Below are positions 40,269-45,498 of a stretch of DNA of 45,498 nt, one piece after another. Numbering within the stretch: position 1 is the first letter of the stretch; every line of letters starts with the position of its first letter. The translations under genes and the position numbers were made by a program. Location of the stretch: the NCBI GenBank assembly GCA_016693855.1, contig GCA_016693855.1_4844.1. The stretch is one strand, 5' to 3'. The DNA comes from a phage. The notes below the pieces were generated by a model. That model worked only from the letters and a program-made list of their open reading frames with translations, was not told where the DNA came from and did not search any database.

Positions 40269-41342
40269 ATGGAAAAGATTATCTTTACCAAAGATTTGGT
40301 AGCCAACTCCGCAATAGTGGCTGACCAGTGGAAACATCTCACCATCGACCGCAAGGTGTTCTGCAATGCAGAAGCTGAGCTGGCGAAAACTTACGGTGTT
40401 AACGCCACCGCACTGGTAACAAAAGATTACTGGCGCGACGTGGATAACGTCACTACCCGCGTTTTCCGTAACGAGGCTGGTCAGGACATGATGGCTGACC
40501 TGATGGGTATCGCGGCAAACATCAATATCGGTAAGACCGTGGCAATCAGCCGCATTGCTTCCGATGCTGGTAAGGTCGTCCGCACTCTGTCTGGTCAGGA
40601 GCCGGAAGATTTGGATAAAACTCGCTACGATTACACTGGCGATGTGATTCCAATCTTCAAAACTGGCTACAGCCGCGAATGGCGCGAACTGCTGGGTATG
40701 CAGTCAGAAGGTTTTGACCCACTGCTGGACGATCAGGCTAACGTCACCTTTAACCTGCGTTCCGACATGGCGCAGTATCTGCTGACTGGCGACCAGACTC
40801 TGAACGTGAACGGCGTTTACACTGGTTACGGCATCACTAACCACCCGAACACTGTTCAGGTTAACCTGAGCGTTTCCGGTGGCGGCCCGAATATCGACCT
40901 GCAAACCGCAACGCCAGACGAAATCGTGAAATTCTTCAATCAGGATTTCCAGGCTATTCTGGATGCGCAGAACGTATTTGAGCAGGTGACTCTGTGGGTT
41001 TCTCCGGCAGTGCGTCGCAGCTTCATGCGCCCGTATTCTGATGCGGCTGGCTTCAAAGGCGGCACAATTGAGCAGTACATCACGCAGTTCGGCAATGGTC
41101 GCATCGGCAAGATTGGCACAAACTTCCTGCTGACTGGCAACCATTTCGTTGGCTACGTTCGCAACGACATGTACATCCGTCCGCGTGTTGCTCAGCCTGT
41201 TTCCACCTATGCGGCAGCCCGTGACAATCCGCACGATAACTTTAACTTTATGGTGTGGTCAGCTTTCGGTTTGCAAATTCGTAAGGATTTCACCGGCAAG
41301 TCAAAAGTGTTCAACGGCTACGGTACGCAAACTCCGCAGTAA
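40269..41342 (+). CDS. major capsid protein (putative)
   Basis: 357 aa; position after scaffold/decoration genes, followed by a strong terminator; size typical of HK97-fold capsid proteins. Confidence 0.6.
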   Translation: MEKIIFTKDLVANSAIVADQWKHLTIDRKVFCNAEAELAKTYGVNATALVTKDYWRDVDNVTTRVFRNEAGQDMMADLMGIAANINIGKTVAISRIASDAGKVVRTLSGQEPEDLDKTRYDYTGDVIPIFKTGYSREWRELLGMQSEGFDPLLDDQANVTFNLRSDMAQYLLTGDQTLNVNGVYTGYGITNHPNTVQVNLSVSGGGPNIDLQTATPDEIVKFFNQDFQAILDAQNVFEQVTLWVSPAVRRSFMRPYSDAAGFKGGTIEQYITQFGNGRIGKIGTNFLLTGNHFVGYVRNDMYIRPRVAQPVSTYAAARDNPHDNFNFMVWSAFGLQIRKDFTGKSKVFNGYGTQTPQ

Positions 41343-41344
41343 TA

Positions 41345-41368
41345 GAAAAGGGGCGAATAGCCCCTTTG
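41345..41368 (+). terminator. intrinsic terminator after capsid gene
   Basis: aaAGGGGCgaataGCCCCTttgtg. Confidence 0.7.
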
Positions 41369-41385
41369 TGAATTTGAGGTGAATA

Positions 41386-41583
41386 ATGGCTAAATACGAA
41401 GTCATCGCACGCGGAATCTTTGTTAAAGAGAAAGGCAAGATTCGTGAATTGCAGCTTGGCGAGGTTATCACGGAGCCTGCTGAGCATCTGCTGCCAAAAC
41501 TGCGCGTTATGCCAGAACTGGAAAAGTCTTTCGAAGTCGCAACCCCACAAGAAAAGACGACAAAGAGAAAGAAAGCAGAGTAA
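41386..41583 (+). CDS. hypothetical protein
   Basis: 65 aa Lys/Glu-rich ORF with GAGGTG RBS, flanked by terminators. Confidence 0.4.
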   Translation: MAKYEVIARGIFVKEKGKIRELQLGEVITEPAEHLLPKLRVMPELEKSFEVATPQEKTTKRKKAE

Positions 41584-41585
41584 AC

Positions 41586-41612
41586 TGAACCCGCATAATG
41601 CGGGTTTTTTAT
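41586..41612 (+). terminator. intrinsic terminator
   Basis: AACCCGCataatGCGGGTTtttt. Confidence 0.85.
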
Positions 41613-41623
41613 TGGGGGTTTCC

Positions 41624-42442
41624 ATGGCTGTCAGATACGAAATAAACACAACTCCGGCTGATGGAGAGGTTTTGCTTAGCGAAACCATGTCTGCTGACTG
41701 GACTGCATTGCAGGTACAGATTGTGCCGCTAAATTCTTCCGGTGGCTATGAGCCATTAACAAGCGGGTCCGTTTCCGTAATGGTATCGCCGTTTGCGTCT
41801 GGTGATTTCTGGATTGGCGTTAACAATAATAATTATTATGGCGTGGCGCTGCGACTGAAGGTGATCAAGTCCCAGATACCTGCTGGCATTGCATCCCTGA
41901 AAGTCCTGGTATGGCGAGCTGCCACATCAGTACCATCAAGTCAGGTTGTCGCGCAGTCATATGCAGAGTTTGCCAACAAGCAAGGGAAGTTATTCACCGC
42001 ATCACGTCGCGTGACTGACGTCGCTGGTGGCTCAAACCTTGATAGCATATTTATCACCGGAACAAAGCAGGTGATATTCAACCAGCGCATTATTGGCTAC
42101 ACAGGGAAAGGTGTCGTTGCATCAATCTATCGCGGCGCGGTTGTCACTGGCGGTACGGCTGCGGATATTAATAATCCCAACGACATAACACCGCAGGCAG
42201 CTACGGCGCAGCTTCTGACTGGCTCTACGATCACAAGTATTGGACAGCTTACGGTCGCAGCAACATATAGTGAGGGTAACGCATCGAATCAAGGGCAGGG
42301 CAACTCGCAGGCTATATTAGGCGAGCAGATCATCATGGCACCAAACACGACGTATTTGCTTCGCATAACATCACTGGATACTGCGGTGCAGAATATCAAT
42401 GCATATGTCTCGTGGTTTGAGGATGATACTTATCTGGCGTGA
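41624..42442 (+). CDS. hypothetical structural protein
   Basis: 272 aa from ATG 41624; Ser/Thr/Gly/Val-rich beta-type composition; follows capsid genes. Confidence 0.4.
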   Translation: MAVRYEINTTPADGEVLLSETMSADWTALQVQIVPLNSSGGYEPLTSGSVSVMVSPFASGDFWIGVNNNNYYGVALRLKVIKSQIPAGIASLKVLVWRAATSVPSSQVVAQSYAEFANKQGKLFTASRRVTDVAGGSNLDSIFITGTKQVIFNQRIIGYTGKGVVASIYRGAVVTGGTAADINNPNDITPQAATAQLLTGSTITSIGQLTVAATYSEGNASNQGQGNSQAILGEQIIMAPNTTYLLRITSLDTAVQNINAYVSWFEDDTYLA

Positions 42443-42444
42443 TA

Positions 42445-42474
42445 AAAGAAAAGCCCCGTGAAGGGGCTTTTTAT
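42445..42474. terminator. bidirectional intrinsic terminator
   Basis: aaaagaaAAGCCCCgtgaaGGGGCTTtttatt between convergent 41624-42442 (+) and 42477-43013 (-). Confidence 0.85.
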
Positions 42475-42476
42475 TG

Positions 42477-43013
42477 CTACAGGCGCATCGGCATAACAAC
42501 AATCTTCGCAGTCTCGCCAGATGGCGCACTAAGGCAGCAAACTGCGGCATTTGTATTTCCATTCAGTTCAAATTTGACACCACAGAATTTTGGATTAAAT
42601 AGCTTGGCGCACTTCTCAACATCAGCAAGGTATTTAGCGTTAAATCCGATTTGCTCAGTTGGCGAAGTCTGTTTTGGTATAACGCGATCAATATCAGGGA
42701 ATCGACCGTCAATAATGTTACAGATACCAGCACCTACCATTAACTCTGTATCATCATGGTACGTGACCATTTTTGTTTTGGTATCCAGCACCGCATAATC
42801 ATAGCGCTTAATTGGCGACTTACTGACTGATACAATGACGCTGTCTGTCAGTTTGTTGTCGTGCTTGCCACCAACAAACATCCTATGCCCATCAGTTGAC
42901 GCAACGCGACCATCTGGCATGAAGCAAATACCGTTCAGATAGTAACGCACATCATTCTTTGCCTGAAACATCAATGCGCCTTCGAGTAATAACTTGCTGA
43001 TTTTTAATTTCAT
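42477..43013 (-). CDS. truncated DNA polymerase III beta sliding-clamp (DnaN) homolog
   Basis: 178 aa from ATG 43013 (AAGGTG RBS). Ordered matches to E. coli DnaN as I recall it: FQAKNDVRYYLNG (DnaN ~150), ASTDGHRMF (~172), DGRFPDIDRVIPK (~240-253), IGFNAKYLADV (~325) and the C-terminal …IVVMPMRL (DnaN ends …YVVMPMRL). Domain I and the first half of domain III are absent. Confidence 0.7.
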   Translation of the reverse strand: MKLKISKLLLEGALMFQAKNDVRYYLNGICFMPDGRVASTDGHRMFVGGKHDNKLTDSVIVSVSKSPIKRYDYAVLDTKTKMVTYHDDTELMVGAGICNIIDGRFPDIDRVIPKQTSPTEQIGFNAKYLADVEKCAKLFNPKFCGVKFELNGNTNAAVCCLSAPSGETAKIVVMPMRL

Positions 43014-43186
43014 CACTTCACCTTAATCATATGTTGTTTTGCAACCTTGAGGCACTCTTCAAAAATGCCACCCTTCTTTGCGCTCTGATTGCGCTTGTAA
43101 TACTGAATTGCCGCATCAATTGCCATCTGGTCGATGTCCGTCAGCTTGGCGCGAAGTTGTTTTTCGATGAATTGTTCTGGTGTCAT
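43013..43186 (-). CDS. hypothetical small protein (57 aa)
   Basis: ATG 43186 with AAGGA RBS; stop overlaps the DnaN-like start (TGATG); below ORF-track size cutoff. Confidence 0.35.
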   Translation of the reverse strand: MTPEQFIEKQLRAKLTDIDQMAIDAAIQYYKRNQSAKKGGIFEECLKVAKQHMIKVK

Positions 43187-43398
43187 TGACTTATCCTTGT
43201 GTCGAATTGAGATTTGTAAAACAAATCAATACTTCCCAATGCTTTGTATTCAAATTTCCCATTCTCGCGGCAAACCCACTTCTCAAACCCATAATTGTCA
43301 TTATTTGCCGTCCATGTTGTCACAGAGAAAAAAACCACTAGCCTGGATTATTGCTCCATTACCATCCCTGTCACCGAACTTTATAATTTTGTAACGCA

Positions 43399-44208
43399 TC
43401 ACATCTTTTCCAGAATTGCCATAACCTCGTGAATATCAGCAACAGGAATCTGGATAAACTCCTCATCCTCTGCCACCACATGACCAGCAGGTAGAATCAC
43501 ATGGTCTGCTGGCTTCAATAACTCGATCAGGCGGTCTACTGGCTTAATCTTTTTCGACTTCAGCACTTTGGCTGTGACCTTGTCCTTGCCTTGTGCTTTG
43601 GCCTCTTCGACTGCCTCGTCGATAACTTTAACCGCATCATCGCCATGTTCACGCGTTACTGCTACGGCATTTGCATAGCTGATTTGTCCTGCACTGATGC
43701 GCGCTTTTACTTCTGCTGGCACATCACCCAGCGACAGGTGCATTTGCACGTCAGATACTGAGCGGCCTACCTTCTTGGCGATTTCTTCATTTGTCCAGCC
43801 AAATCCTTTCAATCGCGTGTAAGCCTTTGCACGCTCAAACGGGTCAAGCTGCTTGCCCTGACTGGATGACACCATGAAGGCGATTTTGTCCGCCTCGTCG
43901 CCAGTGAAATCCTTGCACTCAATGCGAACGATTGGTGCGCCGCGTTCAATGGCTCGTAGTGCACCAAGATAGCGATGCTGACCATCAAGAATGCGGATTC
44001 CTTTGTCGTCAGGGATAACTGTTAATGCTGGCAATGGCTGACCTGATTCCCAGCACTGAGCGAAATATTCAACGTGTTGCTCATCTGCTTCACGGATGTT
44101 ATATCCCGGCTCCAGATAGATTCGCTCCACTGGCACGAGATAGGTTTTGTTAACAGCAATACCGTTGCGCGTTTCTTTGTCTGAATAGATTTTGCTTAGT
44201 GTTTTCAT
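43399..44208 (-). CDS. ParB-like protein (ParB N-terminal nuclease-like domain + HTH)
   Basis: 269 aa; …IRILDGQHRYLGALRA… matches the ParB/Srx-fold arginine-containing box; …FGWTNEEIAKKVGRSVSDVQMHLSL… is HTH-like; no ParA partner in the window. Confidence 0.7.
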   Translation of the reverse strand: MKTLSKIYSDKETRNGIAVNKTYLVPVERIYLEPGYNIREADEQHVEYFAQCWESGQPLPALTVIPDDKGIRILDGQHRYLGALRAIERGAPIVRIECKDFTGDEADKIAFMVSSSQGKQLDPFERAKAYTRLKGFGWTNEEIAKKVGRSVSDVQMHLSLGDVPAEVKARISAGQISYANAVAVTREHGDDAVKVIDEAVEEAKAQGKDKVTAKVLKSKKIKPVDRLIELLKPADHVILPAGHVVAEDEEFIQIPVADIHEVMAILEKM

Positions 44209-44531
44209 TGTTTCTTTCCTAATGCTTTCTTGATAGATTCTTCAGCTAACAGCAATTCTTCTGGGTATTGCTCATTCCAGTTTTGTTTGTATGCCTTGCC
44301 AAGCATTTTTTGCAGAGCTTCAAGCAACTCAGGTGCTGCGGCTATTAACTTTGCATTTGCACGCGTTTCATCAGCCTCTCTGGCATGAACATTTTCATAA
44401 ACAGGTGTTAATACATTTGCCACCTTATATCGATGACCAATAATTGCGCCTCTGATTCTGATGTATGGCTTATCTACTTCTTCTGGTAAAACCTGCCACG
44501 GACCTTTTGTACCTTTGAATTCATCTTTCAT
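44205..44531 (-). CDS. hypothetical protein, paralog of 32607-32891 (FKGTxGPW family)
   Basis: Start taken as ATG 44531 (GAGGTGAG RBS): MKDEFKGTKGPW…LIAAAPELLEALQKML…; first gene of the leftward operon that ends with the DnaN-like gene. Confidence 0.5.
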   Translation of the reverse strand: MKDEFKGTKGPWQVLPEEVDKPYIRIRGAIIGHRYKVANVLTPVYENVHAREADETRANAKLIAAAPELLEALQKMLGKAYKQNWNEQYPEELLLAEESIKKALGKKQ

Positions 44532-44557
44532 ATCACTCACCTCTAACATTTATTGTT

Positions 44558-44618
44558 GTTTCTACGTCACTAACTATAAACGCACCATCAATCTACGTCA
44601 ACAGGAATGTGCTAAAAT
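44558..44618. promoter_or_regulatory. divergent promoter region with TTTCTACGTCA and AATCTACGTCAA motif copies and extended -10 TGCTAAAAT
   Basis: Motif copies at 44558-44570 and 44590-44601; TGCTAAAAT at 44610-44618 ahead of a 39-aa basic ORF (44649-44768). Confidence 0.5.
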
Positions 44619-44767
44619 CATGCTAATCAAACAACAGGAGATTTAAACATGGGTTCAACAAACGGTCCGTCTCGTTCACGCGCTACTGGTAACACAAAAA
44701 CTGGCGGCAAAACCGGCGCAGTGAAGCCAAACGGCTCCACCCGTTCACCATCACGCGGTAAGAAATA

Positions 44768-45208
44768 ATGTTCGGCGCAGATATTGCCATCATGATCATG
44801 TATGTGCTGGGCTTTGCCTGCACGGGCATGGTCGCGTTTTTGGTGTTCATTCCGGCAATGGTGACGTCTGTGTATCTTGGATGGGTGCTTGTTGATTCAT
44901 TTCCCGCCGAATATCTGTATTACCTTGCGCAGTCTATGGTCTGGTTGTTTCCGGCTATTGCACTGCGCAAAAGTACAAAGATGGCGCTCTGCGTGCTGAC
45001 GATGAGCCTTTACGAATGGCTGGTTGCGATAGAGTCATTCGTATGGGAATTTATCACGCCTGTAGAAACGCCGCTTCATGCGCAGTACGCATTTATTATT
45101 ATCGGCATCCATCTGTTCATCCTTTCCATCACTTTTAAATGGGGCGGCGAAATTGGACATTATTCTTGGCGTGGTCGCCATTGTTTTTTCGCTGATTCAA
45201 ATCTATAA
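44768..45208 (+). CDS. polytopic membrane protein (hypothetical)
   Basis: 146 aa with at least 4 hydrophobic segments; no motif recognised. Confidence 0.45.
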   Translation: MFGADIAIMIMYVLGFACTGMVAFLVFIPAMVTSVYLGWVLVDSFPAEYLYYLAQSMVWLFPAIALRKSTKMALCVLTMSLYEWLVAIESFVWEFITPVETPLHAQYAFIIIGIHLFILSITFKWGGEIGHYSWRGRHCFFADSNL

Positions 45209-45240
45209 GTGCTGGAAACATATCATCAGCGAGACACGCA

Positions 45241-45498
45241 ATGAACGGAGCACTAAGGCAAGTCGCAGAGCAGATTATAAGCGGAACGGCAGGGCAGGTG
45301 ATTGATAAGGCTGGATATGCTTCTATTGGCACTGGCATCGGCCTAAAAGTCGCAGAGCAAACACCTGTCACGCAATCTTATTTTGAGGCTATGATTCCAC
45401 ATAGCCTGACAGAGTGGGCGGCAGTAGCGTCAATCCTCGGCGCTCTGTCTCTGGTAATAAAAAACCTCTTTGAAATGTGGTGGAAGGTACGGGAGTCG
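45241..45498 (+). CDS. hypothetical protein, 3' end outside window (partial)
   Basis: ATG 45241, open to the window end: MNGALRQVAEQIISGTAGQVIDKAGYASIGTGIGLKV…WAAVASILGALSLVIKNLFEMWW…; contains a hydrophobic helix. Confidence 0.3.
   Translation, partial: MNGALRQVAEQIISGTAGQVIDKAGYASIGTGIGLKVAEQTPVTQSYFEAMIPHSLTEWAAVASILGALSLVIKNLFEMWWKVRES

Noticed and set aside
43134-43394. 86-aa plus-strand ORF in the track between ParB-like and DnaN-like genes
   Set aside because: Antisense to the leftward operon; the minus strand carries a 57-aa ORF with a good RBS and stop/start overlap with the DnaN-like gene, which fits the operon better.
44649-44768. 39-aa very basic Gly/Ser/Thr-rich ORF (MGSTNGPSRSRATGNTKTGGKTGAVKPNGSTRSPSRGKK) as a distinct functional gene
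   Set aside because: Too short and low-complexity to call with confidence; it has a promoter and RBS but could equally be a leader peptide, so it is left unannotated.

Overview
This 45.5 kb window looks like most of a tailed dsDNA phage genome (siphovirus-type, enterobacterial host) rather than a bacterial chromosome. No integrase or CI/Cro-type repressor was recognised, so it may be virulent or a phage-plasmid-like element. All calls below come from reading the ORF translations and DNA by eye; no database search was run. Layout, left to right: (1) head-tail joining genes, major tail protein with an Ig-like domain, a tail chaperone, tape measure, minor tail/tip proteins and a tail fiber or spike (8-13231, + strand), with two small minus-strand morons inserted at 2772-3303, one of them superinfection-immunity-like; (2) a minus-strand replication/recombination module: SSB, Erf, PD-(D/E)xK nuclease, VRR-NUC, SF2 helicase, an HNH endonuclease and a DUF3987/SF3-like P-loop protein, with a convergent plus-strand primase (13266-21601); (3) a 650 bp ORF-free control region with more than 10 GGGCGAA iterons and an AT-rich core (21794-22237); (4) a plus-strand early operon of small genes ending in a second HNH endonuclease; (5) small and large terminase, a block of small genes and a third, nonsense-interrupted HNH, portal and Mu-F-like head protein; (6) a lambda-like lysis cassette (R-type endolysin, holin-like protein, Rz with embedded Rz1) preceded by an internally deleted lysozyme-like ORF; (7) scaffold/protease-like, decoration-like and major capsid genes. 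Three minus-strand moron operons sit inside the late region, each running from a divergent promoter to a bidirectional terminator. The most unusual is 42477-44531, which encodes a ParB-like protein and a truncated DnaN beta-clamp homolog that appears to keep the segments forming the clamp's partner-binding cleft. A 12-bp motif (AATCTACGTCAA / TTGACGTAGATT) recurs at essentially every intergenic promoter region.
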